Shown here: positions 1 through 13,683 of the stretch, piece by piece | Position numbering within the stretch: the stretch's first letter is position 1 | Layout of the letters: every line of letters begins with the position of its first letter | NCBI GenBank assembly: GCA_050613775.1 | Contig: JBODTK010000016.1 | Location: 1,178,001 to 1,242,000, forward strand | Reading direction: 5' to 3' | Length of the DNA stretch: 64,000 bases | Source of the DNA: Neocallimastix sp. 'constans' | Lineage: Eukaryota | Notes under the pieces: generated by a model | Database searches by the model: none | What the model was told of the DNA's origin: nothing | What the model saw: the letters and a program-made list of their open reading frames with translations, nothing else | Translations under genes and position numbers: made by a program

Positions 1-491
1 TAATTAAAAAACAAATAAATAAAATTTACATAATTAAAAATTTAATAATAATAATAATCTATTAGTAAAAATAAAAAATAAAAATTATATTTATAATAAA
101 TAGAAAATATATAAAAATAAAAAATAATATAATAATAATTAAATATATATATTTTTATTTTTTATTTTATTTTATTTTGAGCTTTTTTTGTTTTTTTTTT
201 TACTTCTTTTGTAATTATTAAAAAGACACATACTATTTTAAATTTTCCGTTTAATAAAATTAAAAAAAATATAATTAAATAAAAAAAAAAAAAAACTACT
301 ATTACTAAAAAATTAAATGTTATATATATGTTAAAAAATTCTTTTATATATATTTATTAATTTTTATTTTTATTTTTTTTTTTTTTTTTTTTTTTTTTTA
401 TTTTTATTTTTATTTTTATTTTTATTATTATTTATTGAATTCGTTACTATTGTTTTGTTACATTTAAGTGAACAACTCCTAAAAACTAAAA

Positions 492-833
492 AGTGCACAG
501 GGGGTCTATTGTCCCGTATATTGTAGGGCTTGCGGTATATCTTGCTTGCGGAATACTGATCATCATTAACTCTCTTGAATCACTTTTTGAGAGGTTTAGC
601 AAAAAAAAAAAAAAAAAAAAAAAACACTTTCATTACCAAGAGTGCTGATGTCGTACCGATATGGCAAAGGAATAGTGCAGTTAGAAGTTCTGTTAATTCT
701 CATCAATACACACACATTTACTATGTACTGACAACACAGTTCCCGAACACAGAACCTCTAGTTAAGTAATTCAACTTTTGATGATCTTTCTTATGATTCA
801 GGGAAAAGTTTAGTGGATAAATTTTCTTTGATT
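492..833. other. GC-richer island of unknown nature (possible structured RNA or decayed coding fragment), split by an A24 run
   Basis: Clearly more G/C than its flanks. Has small hairpins (e.g. CTCTC..GAGAG around 570-593). No convincing ORF, and no recognisable snRNA, RNase P/MRP or SRP motif by eye. Confidence 0.2.
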
Positions 834-951
834 AATTAAAATTTATTTATGTTTAATTTTAATTTTTTGTTTTTTGTTTTTTGTTTTTTGTTTTTTGTTT
901 TTACTTAATCTTTTACATACATTTTATTTTTTTTTATCATTTTCTTACTAG

Positions 952-985
<34 letters not shown>

Positions 986-987
<2 letters not shown>

Positions 988-2303
988 ATAATAAATAAAT
1001 AAAGAAAATTGCATGTTCAAATTTATAAAGTGTATAATATAATTGAAACGCCTTAGTAGTTTGTGTAAAAAATTCTAAAAAAAAAAAACGATGTAAAAAT
1101 AACCGGATCAATGTCAATGATATTGATAAGTATATATCAATTGAGTTAATATTAGCATCCAAATAAAAAAAAAAAACTATTTGAATGAGAAGAATAACAT
1201 AGGCAAATGTTAATATAGGAAATATATTTCTAAGTATACGAAATATGATTGTATGTTCAGACACTCTTGACAACAACACCAAAATAAAAAATATAAAAAA
1301 AAAAAAAAAAGATCCATAAAAGCATCCGTTAAGTCTATTAAATTAAAAATACTTTTTACTTTGGTTTAAAATTCATTCTAAAGTTCCAATATAATAATCA
1401 TCCAGTCCTTTGATAGCTTCCCAACTTATATGAGAAAATAAACCTAAACAAATAAATGTATTTAATACAAAATTAATGATAAAAATAATTAATTGTAAAA
1501 AGGTAGAGGATCCTTAATTGTTTTTTTTTTTTTTTTTTTTCAATTTTGTTTTTGTTTTCTTTTTAAATTATATTCCTAATATTTTTATCTAATTCTTACT
1601 TTTCTTCTTTAATTAACTTCAATACTTTTCGACATTTAATATTTTGATGATTAGTTAACTTCATATCCAAATTATTTTACTCTTCTATTAATTTTTCTTC
1701 CTGAACTTTTTTTTTTTTTTCGTCGTTGTTGTTGTAATTGGTCATACTTCATTTAATTAATTTTTGATTTTTTAATTAAAATTAATAGATACCAGAATGG
1801 ATTTAATCTCTTTAAATAGACTTATAATGCTATATGGAATAGCAACGACACAAACCCATGAGCAAATAATAATCGGAATGGTATTAACTACACCAAAGAA
1901 AAGTCGAATTGTATTAATATTAAAGTTGAAATATGTCTAGAAGATATATACTAATTCTCCAATTAAAATATAAAAAAGAGTCAAAATTTTAGAGACTTCT
2001 TTAAATTTATTTAATGTTTGACCCATAGTAGTTGTTTCATTAATTAAAACTGATGGAATTAATTCATTATAGCATTATAATAGTATTATAAAACATTCAT
2101 CGCCAAAGCCAACTAAAATAAATATTTATCCATTGCTGAACAAAATAATATTAAAAAAAAAAAAAAAAAAAAAATACGGAAATAGGGAACCACAAAATAA
2201 GAGATATATAAGAACTCATACCCCATATATAAACTACCAATGGAATTAAACAGGTACGTTCTTGATTCTTCTATATCTTATTTAATATGAAAAAAGTAAT
2301 TTC

Positions 2304-2361
<58 letters not shown>

Positions 2362-2480
2362 TGTATTTGTATTTGTATTTGTATTTGTGTTTGTATTTCA
2401 GATATATTAAAATTTTAAAATTATCTTTTTGGATTCCTTTAGTTATTACTTTAAGGTCAATTATTTTTTTTCCTTTATAA

Positions 2481-2518
<38 letters not shown>

Positions 2519-2600
2519 TTATTATTTGTTTTGTTTGTTTATTTTTAAATTATCTTTTTTCTTTAAATTCTATTTTTGAAAATATTATTAAAAATTGTAA
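986..2600 (-). pseudogene. Decayed LMBR1/LIMR-like multi-pass membrane protein gene
   Basis: Manual minus-strand translation across frameshifts gives ordered blocks that resemble LMBR1-family proteins: ISLILWFPISVF; QQWINIYFSWLW; MGQTLNKFKEVSKILTLFYILIGELVYIF; VCVVAIPYSIISLFKEI; a charged coiled-coil-like stretch; then further hydrophobic helices (LQLIIFIINFVLNTFICLGLF). Many in-frame stops and homopolymer frameshifts. Boundaries are approximate. Confidence 0.55.
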
Positions 2601-4190
2601 AATATAATAATAATGCTATATTAATAAATATATACGTTGTTATATATATATATATATCGTTATACTTTGAAACATAATTTTGTTTTCTTTTTTTTTTTTT
2701 TTTATCTTATTTATTATTATTACTGGTATTTTTTCTTAATATATAATAGTGTAAATATTAAATGTTGATTTATTACTTTGGTTTCTATATTAATCCAATT
2801 AAATATATAATATAAAAATACAATTATATTTTCTTAAATTAATATTTTAATTTATGATATATTAATATATAAAATAAATAATTTTAACATATGTTAATTT
2901 TTTATCTCATTTTTTTCAGTCTTTATATTAGTCTTTATTTTATTTTATTTTTATTTTATTTTTTATTTTTTATTTTTTATTTTTTTTTTTAATGGATTTA
3001 TATTTTAATAAATTTCTGAATCCACATTGCAAAATATTGCAAAAAGAATTGTTTTATAATTATATTGAAATTTATTTCTAAATTAGTATATAATCATTTA
3101 TTTTATTATTATTTTATGTTTATAATAGTATTTTTTTTTTAAAAAAATATTTTAAATTTTTACTTTCTTTAATATAAAAAAGAAAAGAAGAAAATAAGAG
3201 GGGAAATAAATTGAAATTAAAAATAAAAATAAAAATAAAAATAAAATAAAATAAAAATAAAAATTATATTTTATTAATTATGATTAAAACTTTTTTTATT
3301 TGGAACAAAAAAATAAAATTTTTAATAATAATTAAATAATAAAAAAAAATTAATTTTTTATTAATACTTCCAATCAAAAAATTAAAAATTCTTTAAAATA
3401 AAATATTATTATTAAAATATTTTTATTTAATCAAAAAAAAAAAAAAAAAAAAATTATAAAAAAATCTTAAATATATATATATATATATTTTTTTTTTTTT
3501 TCTTTAAAAAAAATATATAATTATTTATTTCTATTTCTATTTTTTGAAATTTATAATTTTAATTTATATATATTTATATAAAATTATAGGAAAAACACAT
3601 TAAAAAAATTTTATTTGTAATGTATCATGCAATGAACTATATTTTTGATATCATATTATTTAAATAAATAAATAAATAAAAAAGTAAATAATTATTTAAA
3701 GAAAATTTATTCATCCTTTTTTTTTATATATATGTGGAACATCAAATTATAAAAACAATACATCAAATCAATTTCATTGTCATACTCTATTCTATTAACA
3801 TAAGAATTATCAGAAATTTGGCAATCAAACAAAATAAATAATAACAATTAAATATAATACATGAAAATTTCATCATATCTTTTAAATTAATTGACATTAT
3901 ATTATTCACTGAAGAAATTCATATTAATCACATTTAAAAAAACTATTACTTATATTAATAAATTAATTCATTTTTTTATTTATCATTTTTTTATTTTTTG
4001 ATATTTATATCAATTATTACCAAATATAAAAAATAATAATAGTTACTTTATTATTTTATTCAGTAACATTTTAGATAATCAACAACAATTATAGACTTTT
4101 AGAATTTTTTTTAAAAAAAAAAAAAAAATAAAATAAAATTAAAAAAAAAGTAAAAAGAAAAGAAAAGAATAAAAACAGATATATATAAAA

Positions 4191-5952
4191 ATGATTAGGT
4201 AATTGAAATTTCTTGAAATTTCCTTTTTTTTTTATCATAGACATAATATAAAATTATATATATAAATAATGATATTATTATATATATTATGTAAATTTTT
4301 ATCAATTCATTACATTCTATATATTTATTAACCATTAATCCATTTCAAATCTTCAAAATTTAAATTAATTCCAATTAAAATTATTATTATTATTATTATT
4401 ATTATTTTAAATTATTATTTTAAATTATTATTTTAAATTATTATTTTAAATTAATAATCAATGTATATCATCAATTTTTATTAAATAATCCTTATAATAA
4501 ATAAATGAAATTTAATTTAAACTTATACAAAATTGCAGTTTTGGAAATAACAATACCCAAACCAACACTGGGTTTGGTAATACTAATACGGCTACTAGTG
4601 GATTTAAATTTGGTAGCTCAACTTCTACTACTCCAACAACAGGACTTTTTGGCTCTACAGCCACTTCAAAACCAAGTACAGGATTTTCATTTGGAAGTAC
4701 CACAACATCAGCACCTTCTACAGGACTATTTGGAGCTACTGCTTCATCGGCACCATCTACAGGATTATTCGGAGCTACTGCAACCTCAACTCCAACTACT
4801 AGTTTATTTGGTGCTAAAACATCAGCCCCATCAACAGGATTATTCGGAGCTACTAGTACTTCAACTCCAACTACGAGTTTATTTGGTGCCAAAACTTCAG
4901 CCCCATCCACTGGTTTATTTAATTCAGTTGTAACTACTACACCATCAACTGGTTTATTCAGTACTACTAACTCAAAACCAACTACTGGGTTTTCAGGATT
5001 ATTTGGTGCTAATAAAACAGCAACTACAACCGCTCCTGGAACAACGTAAGTATTATCTTATTAATTATAAATGTCTTAATTTCAAATTATAATTTATAAT
5101 TAAAAAAGGGAAAATATTTTTTTTTTTTTTTTTACTTTATAAATTATTAACTATAATTTACATTTTATTATTTATATAATTTATATATATGAACTTAATT
5201 TTAATTAAAAATATTAAAAAATTTCAACTACATATATATATATATATTATTTTAATTAAAATAAAAATAACTAAAATTTAATATAATAAAATAATTTAAC
5301 AATTTCATAATTAAATTGTAATCTCAACTTTTTTTTTTTTTTTTTTAATCAAAAAAAGTACTAATCAACCAATCACATTACAAACTTTAGCCCCAGATAC
5401 TCATTATTCAGCTTTACCAGATACTATGAAAATAGAACTTGATAATCTAGAGTAATTTTAATAATTATATTTGTTTTACTTTAAAATTTTAAATGATAAT
5501 ATCAATTTTTTTTTTTTTTTTTGTAATTCTTATTTCTAATTATAACCTTTAATTTTAATTTTAATTTTTATTTTTATTTTTATTTTTTTTTTTCTTTTTT
5601 ATTTTCTTTTTTATTTTTTTTTAAAAAAAATAATAAAAATAAAAATAAAAATAAAAATAAAAAAATAAAAATTAATCTTTTTTTTTTTATATAAAAGTAA
5701 AATGATACAAGATCAAATACATATTTTCGAATCAATATCTCAAAGCGCTATTCCAAGTGCCATTCAAAAAGTTAGCGAAGATACTCAAGAGTTATCACAT
5801 GTAATATACTACCTATAATACTAACATTTTAATAATATAATAAATTTAATTATATAATAGAAATCATTTTTGTTATAATTATACATAACATTTATACTTG
5901 TAATATTATATTAATTATTTTTATCTATATTTATATCTCTAATAATTATTTT

Positions 5953-5986
<34 letters not shown>

Positions 5987-6106
5987 TTCATTTAATTAAT
6001 AATATTTTTTATAATTCCTCTTCTATTGAATATTAAATACAATACATTTATTTATTTTTGATACTTAAAAAAATAATAAATATAAATAAAATCAAAATAT
6101 ATTTTT

Positions 6107-6137
<31 letters not shown>

Positions 6138-6358
6138 GAAATTAACTTCATTAACAAATATATTAGAAAGAGATAATTATTTAATTAATGATTTAAAGAA
6201 AAAAGTTGCTAGTGAATTAAGAAATGCTGAATTAGCAACTCGCTTTATTGATAGATTAAGTAATCAAAATCAAACTAAAGATATATATTCATTTCATGAA
6301 GGAATATCAGAGTATGTTACTTAAAAAACTAAAGATGGATAAATAGATATATCAAATA

Positions 6359-6434
<76 letters not shown>

Positions 6435-7108
6435 GAAATTTACATTAATTTAACATATATATATTATTTATTATTATTATTATTATTTTAAAGGTACTTC
6501 GAAACACTTTGTACTAAATTTGAAGAAAAAATGCAAATATACAAACAAAGTATTGATGAAATTGAACAACAATTATTATCTATGTCTCAAAATACTCAAC
6601 ATAACCCACAAGGTTTTTATCATTTTATTTCATTTACATTAAATCATTAATTATATATTTTATTAAATTTAAATTAACTAAAATCAATTTAATAATTTTT
6701 TTTTTTATATCTATATTACCATTTATTTATTTATCTATCTATTTATTTATTTATCTATTTATTTATCTATTTATTTATTTATTTATTTATCAATTAATTA
6801 ATTAATTAATTAATTTTTTAATAAATATCAAATGAAAAGAATTGGTTGAAATATTAAGAAACCAACATGAGAGTATAATGTACCTTTCATCTAAAGTCGC
6901 ATCATTAAATGATGATATTGATAAGAGAAGACAAGAATATCAATCCTTTAGATCAAAATACTCTAATGATGTACCTTTAGGCGTTTCTAAAAGCAAAAGT
7001 AAATTGTTTTATATATATATATATTAGAATAAACTTTATAATAAAACCTTTATATTTATTTATAATATGTATATATATATATATATTATTTTATTAACCT
7101 TTTTTTTT

Positions 7109-7147
<39 letters not shown>

Positions 7148-7800
7148 TATAGCTGTCGGTGAAAAATTATCTTTATCTACTATTGCAAATTCATTACGTC
7201 CAGCATCAACTCTAAGTAATTCAATATATATATATATAAATATATATATATAGAACTTATTAATTATAAATATATATAATTATATCTATACCAATTATAT
7301 ATATATATATATATTTCATTTACAATTAATACTTAATATTTTTTTTAAAAATATTATACATACTTTTTTTTTTTTTTTTTTTTTCATTAGATACTAATTC
7401 AATACAACCACAAGTTAATACTACAAATAAATTTGGAAGTACAAGTTTTGGTTCAACTGGTACCACTGGTTTTGGTTCTACAAATACTACTGGATTTGGT
7501 AGTACAACTACCGGTTTTGGTTCAACTAATACAAAATTTGGTACCGGAGTAACCGGTTTTGGCAATAATACTACTGGTTTTGGATCTTCCACTGGTACCA
7601 AATTTGGCACTACGAATACAACCACCAGTTTTGGTTCAACTAACACTGGCTTTGGTTCCACAAATACGACAACAAGTTTCGGTTCAACCGGTACCTCAGG
7701 TTTCAATTCTACTAACACTAGTTTCGGAAATACTGGTTTTGGTGGTAACACAACAACTACTGGCTTTGGCAATTCAACATCCTTATTCAATAAAAAATAA
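4191..7800 (+). CDS. NUP58: Central-channel FG nucleoporin, Nup58/Nup45 (fungal Nup49) family; 9 exons
   Basis: Exons 4191-4198, 4539-5045, 5359-5451, 5698-5800, 6139-6311, 6494-6612, 6840-6998, 7153-7215, 7391-7800; all introns GT..AG and in phase. N-terminal GLFG/FxFG repeats. Coiled-coil core ELRNAELATR...EYFETLCTKFEEKMQIYKQSIDEIEQQL...LSSKVASLNDDIDKRRQEY matches the Nup58/Nup49 helical region. C-terminal TGFG repeats; TAA at 7798-7800. Confidence 0.88.
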
Positions 7801-7872
7801 TAATATAATAATGATATTAATTTAAAGACAACGGGTTTATTTTTAGATTGTTTTACTACTACTACTACTACT

Positions 7873-7918
7873 ATTATTATTATTATTATTATTATATTAA
7901 ATAATTAATTAATTATAA

Positions 7919-7949
<31 letters not shown>

Positions 7950-8100
7950 AATAATTAATTAATTATAATTTTTTATTATTATTATTATTATTATTATATT
8001 AAATAATTAATTAATTATAATTTTTTATTATTATTATTATTATTATTATATTAAATAATTAATTAATTATAATTTTTTATTATTATTATTATTATTATAA
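7873..8100. repeat. About 4 tandem copies of a 50-52 bp AT-only unit
   Basis: TAAATAATTAATTAATTATAATTTTTT plus (ATT)n recurs near 7898, 7948, 8000 and 8052. Confidence 0.85.
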
Positions 8101-8143
8101 TAAATTTGCTATTTATAAAAATAAAATAAAATAAAATAAAGAC

Positions 8144-8199
<56 letters not shown>

Positions 8200-8540
8200 T
8201 TTTTTATTTATTTCAAATTTTTAAAATATTAATATATTAATATAATTTTTTTTTTCTTGTAAAAAAAAAAAAAAAAAAAAAAAAAAGTTTAAGAATTTTT
8301 TTTTTTTTCAAATATTTTATTTATATATATTACTTAAAATTAATTTATTAATAAATAAATAAAAATAAAAATAAAAATAAAAATAAAAATAAAAATAAAT
8401 AAAAAAAAAAAAAGTTTTATAGAAATATTAAATAAAAAATAAAAAAAATTAAAAAAAAATAAATACTAATAAATAAAAAATTAATATATATATATATATT
8501 TGAATTCATTGTATATATTACGCCTAGTTTAAAGTAAATA

Positions 8541-8572
<32 letters not shown>

Positions 8573-8587
8573 GGAAAAAAAAAAAAT

Positions 8588-8630
8588 TATACTGAAAACT
8601 ATCTGTTAGAAATTTTAAAAAACAAAAAAA

Positions 8631-8670
<40 letters not shown>

Positions 8671-9222
8671 CTGAAAACTATCTATTAGAAATTTTAAAAA
8701 ACAAAAAAAAAAAAAAAAAATACTGAAAATTATATATTAGAAATTTTAAAAAACAAAAAAAAATATATATATATATATATATACTGAAAACTATCTATTA
8801 GAAATTTTAAAAAACAAAAAAAAAAAAAAAAAATACTGAAAACTATATTTTAGAAATTTTAAAAAACAAAAAAAAATATATATATATATATATATACTGA
8901 AAACTATCTATTAGAAATTTTAAAAGGGAAAAAAATTATACTGAATACTATATTTTAGAAATTTTAAAAAAAGGGGAAAAAAAATTATACCGTAAAGTAT
9001 ATATTAGAAATTTTAAAAAACAAAAAAAAAATTATACTGAAAGCTATATAAAAAAAAATTATACTGAAAGCTATATAAAAAAAAATTATACTGAAAACTA
9101 TATATAAGAAATTTTAAAAGGGAAAAAAAATTATACTGAAAAGTATATATTAGAAATTTTAAAAAACAAAAAAAAAAAAAAAAAAATATACTGAAAGCTA
9201 TATATTAGAAATTTTAAAAAAA

Positions 9223-9256
<34 letters not shown>

Positions 9257-9323
9257 CTGAAAACTATCTGTTAGAAATTTTAAAAAAAGGGGAAAAAAAA
9301 TTATACTGAAAATTATATATTAG

Positions 9324-9354
<31 letters not shown>

Positions 9355-9384
9355 TATATATATACTGAAAGCTATATATTAGAA

Positions 9385-9433
<49 letters not shown>

Positions 9434-9457
9434 TATACTGAAAACTATCTGTTAGAA

Positions 9458-9537
<80 letters not shown>

Positions 9538-9641
9538 TGAAAACTATCTGTTAGAAATTTTAAAAAAAGGGGAAAAAAAATTATACTGAAAATTATATAT
9601 TAGAAATTTTAGAAAACAAAAAAAAATTATACTGAATAGAA

Positions 9642-9647
<6 letters not shown>
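8588..9647. repeat. Compound minisatellite: about 20 copies of a ~30 bp core separated by variable poly(A)/(AT)n tracts
   Basis: Core ATACTGAAAACTAT(C/A)T(G/A)TTAGAAATTTTAAAA recurs from about 8588 to 9645. Spacers are A-runs, (AT)n or GGG(G)A-runs. Confidence 0.92.
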
Positions 9648-9679
<32 letters not shown>

Positions 9680-10135
9680 GAAATTTACTAAGCAAATGCA
9701 TTATTACCAAATAACTAATATCTAATATAACAATTTTAACTTTTTTTTTAAAGTTTTTTTTTCCTTTCTTTCTTTTAAATAAAAAAAAAAAAAAAAAAAA
9801 AAAAAATTTAATAAAAAACAAAAACAATAAAAAAAATAAAAAATAAAAACAATAAAAAAAATAAAAAATAAAAAAAATAAAAAAAATAAAAAATAAAAAA
9901 AATAATAATAATAAATTTAATAAAATATTATTATACATGTTACATATTAAAACTAATGATGATAATAGTTTCTTTATATATATAATTTAACCTTTTTTAT
10001 TTCATTATGCATAAATTAAAGATAAGCTATATATATAATATATATATATAGTCATTTCAATTCTAATATTTTATATATTTTTATATTAAATATGAAATTT
10101 CTTTTTTTTTTTTTTAAAGTTTTATTTTAGTACTT

Positions 10136-10167
<32 letters not shown>

Positions 10168-10262
10168 ATATCTCGGTAAAAAAACTTTCTATATAAAAAT
10201 AATAATAATATTAACTATTTTTTTTTTTTTTTTTTTTTTTTTATTTTTCTAATTATATATTA

Positions 10263-10300
<38 letters not shown>

Positions 10301-11840
10301 TATTTAAAGAACGATAAATATTTATATTTAATAATAGTTTATCTGATAATAATAATATATTAATTATTATTTAACAAAATAGTAAATATAACGTCAAATT
10401 CAAATAATTATTCTATTTTTTATTTTTATATATTTATTGAACTACATTAAAAATAATAATCATAACTTAAAAATTTAAACGGTTAAACAAATAAAATAAA
10501 TAAGTTTTTATTAGTAAAATATATTTTATAATTAGTAAATTTTAAATATTATTTTTTTTCTTTCCTTCTTTCTTTCCATTTTTTCTATATTACTAATTTT
10601 TATTTATTATTCCAATTAAGTTTATTTTTTAATTAAATATTTATTATTATATTTAATAATATTTTGATCTTTTGTCATTTCCAAATACTATTTTTACTAT
10701 TTTTTCTTTCTTCTTTATATTACGCCTTTTTAAAAAATCATTTTTTAAATTTATATATTTTATCATAATTCTTTTAATTTTTATATAAATTTTTTTAAAT
10801 TTTATATATTATTTTATTTATTTTATTTAATTTTTAAATTATAATTTTTGATTTTATTTTAATAAAAATAATCAATACAAATAGATTTAATATAATCAAT
10901 GTATATAAATAAATATAATTATATATAAGATAGTATATTAAAAAACGAGAATACAAAGATTTCGACAACTCATATCATTATTAAATAAGTGAATAGATAA
11001 ATAAATATTTGATTAATAATAAAATTATTTTTTTTAAAAAAAAAAAAAAAAAAAAAATAGTATATATATATTAAATAAAAATGGTATAATAAAATAATAA
11101 AATTGTAAAGAATAGAATAAAAAAAAAAAAATTATACCGAGATAATTAAATTATATATTTATTTATATATATACAGAAATTAGATATTTCTTTATATGTT
11201 TACATTTTGGCATATGGATTAGTATATATTAAATTTATTTATATTATTCTTAATTCATATATATTAAATATATTAAATTATTTATATTTATCTTTATTCA
11301 TATATAACATTTATATTAAATACATATATTAATGATATTATTTTATTCTTAATGCAGCGGAAAAAAATGATAGTTATCCGTTCTTGATTTTCTAATATTT
11401 TATACTTTTTTTTTTTTTTTTTAACAATACAATTAATTACAATATATATCTAATATATATAACTTTTAAAAGAATATGATTTCTTTTTTTTTTTTTCTTA
11501 TATAATTGTATATACTGAATAATATATATAATAATAACTATTTAGAAAAAAAAAAAAAAAAAAATAGAGCGGTTTTTTTCTATAATAAAGTTATTAATTT
11601 TTTTGTAATATTTTTTTTTATTTTTTTATCATAAATATTAATATTATTATTTTATTTATTACTTTTATTCGTTCTTTATTAATAATTGCCTTAAACATAC
11701 AAGAATATGTAAGAAAAAAAATTAACACAATAGTAATCATTATATTTACAATTGCACTTGATAAAAAAAATATATATATATATTTAATTCTTGATTAAAA
11801 TATTGCGTTAATAATCACAAATTTTGTTTTAATATAGTTG

Positions 11841-11873
<33 letters not shown>

Positions 11874-12143
11874 ATGAGTTTATTTTATAATTTATATTTA
11901 TATTCAATTATTTATTGTTAAATAGAGTAATAATTAATATTTTTTATTTATTTATATTTATTTATTTATTTAATATAAATATTAATATATGTATTTCCAT
12001 AATTTGTATAAATATAATATATATTCTAATAATTCAAAACTAATATCTAAAAAATAAACTAGTAAAAAGTTATTTTAAATATTTAAATAATAATCTATTA
12101 TTTATCTATCATTAAAAATTATTATATATTTTATTATACACCT

Positions 12144-12145
<2 letters not shown>

Positions 12146-12202
<57 letters not shown>

Positions 12203-12245
12203 TTTGTTTGTTTGTTTGTATGTTTGTTTGTTTATTTATTTAATT
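12146..12245. repeat. (TTTA)n/(TTTG)n microsatellite
   Basis: Directly visible tetranucleotide run. Confidence 0.9.
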
Positions 12246-13316
12246 ATTTATTTATTATACTTTTGTTAGTTTACATTTTTATATATTAGATTATATTATG
12301 GAACCAAAAAAAAAAAAAAAGGTTAAATATTACAATTTAATTATCTACTAACACTATTATTATAAATATATTATCACCAATTCTTTATAATTATTTTAAT
12401 ATACATACATTTAAAACATTTAAAAAATAAAAGAGGTATATAATATATAAAAGCTTATTATATAATATGGTTGTAATAGATTAGGAAAATAAAATAATTA
12501 AAATTAATATTCTAATTAATTTTTTTAATTAAAATTTTTATATTAAATAGTAAACTCATAATATTACTATCATTAATTAAATATAACAATATTCATATCA
12601 GCAAGATTATAAAATTATTCCTTCAAATAAAATTAAAACCATTATTAATTAACCAAAGCAATAAAAATGATGAAAAAAAAAATATTAGTAATAATTATTT
12701 ATTATTATGATTATTAACTATAATATTGAGAATTAATAAAAAATAATAATATAATTTCATAAAAAAAAATAAAAAAAAAAAAAATTGAATAACATTAATA
12801 ATCATATTTTAAATTATTTTTATATAAAAAAATAATTTTTAATTAATTAAATATTATGACTAATGAACAACACTAAGATTAAAACAATTATATAAATAAT
12901 CTTTTTTTTTTTATCCTATCATTTACATACAAAAGCAAAAATTCATAATAATATAATTTGTAATATATTAAATATATAAGTTGGATTATTTTATATCAAA
13001 ATGAATTATTATGTTAATCATTTTTATTCATTTATTTAATTTTTTCATCAGAGATTTATTATTATTTACTCCATTTGATTTTTATTAGTATTTAAAAAAT
13101 TGATAAATAAGAAAATGTTGTCACATCACATAAAATAAAAAAAAAAAAAATTTTTTTATCTATCAAACTTTCCATATATACTAAGTTAAAAAAAAAAAAA
13201 AAAATTATACTTTTTATTAAATTTTAATAGATATAACTTTAATTTTAATCTTAATATAAAAAAATTAGTATGATTAGATATTCAATTTTTTATAATGTTA
13301 AGGAAACGAACTTAAA

Positions 13317-13347
<31 letters not shown>

Positions 13348-13445
13348 GAAATTTAAAAAATATCTATATAATTACTATTTTTTTTATTTCTATTCAAAAA
13401 AAAAGGGAATAACAACTTTTGATTATTTAAATAATGGTATAAATA

Positions 13446-13483
<38 letters not shown>

Positions 13484-13683
13484 TCCCTATTATTACTTTA
13501 AATGTTTATGAATTTTGTAGCCTTTTTTTTTTTTGTCAATTTTTTTTATGTTAATGGCTTATTAATAAATAGCACATAGAAAATTTTAAGAAAAAAAAAA
13601 TTTTATTTATTATATATATTATTAATAATTTCATTAATAAAAAATTTATATAATAGAAAATATTGATTATTTAATTATAAATA

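Noticed and set aside
986..2600. Alternative genetic code (TAA/TAG read as Gln) to explain the in-frame stops
   Set aside because: Frameshifts and TGA stops are also present. The 39-kb ORF and Nup58 contain no internal TAA/TAG and end in TAG and TAA.
3590..4100. Slightly more complex sequence upstream of Nup58
   Set aside because: No interpretable reading frame or motif. It may be promoter or decayed sequence, but I cannot support a call.
4505..4933. ORF-track proteins 4505-4933, 4512-4910, 7326-7790 and 7559-7825
   Set aside because: Off-frame or antisense shadows of the nucleoporin FG exons.
8588..9647. CRISPR-like repeat-spacer appearance
   Set aside because: Spacers are only poly(A)/(AT)n of irregular length, there are no cas genes, and the context is eukaryotic.
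9645..9938. Phe-rich or otherwise low-complexity short ORFs (also 17744-17950 and 575-769)
   Set aside because: Translations of homopolymer and microsatellite tracts with no coding signature.
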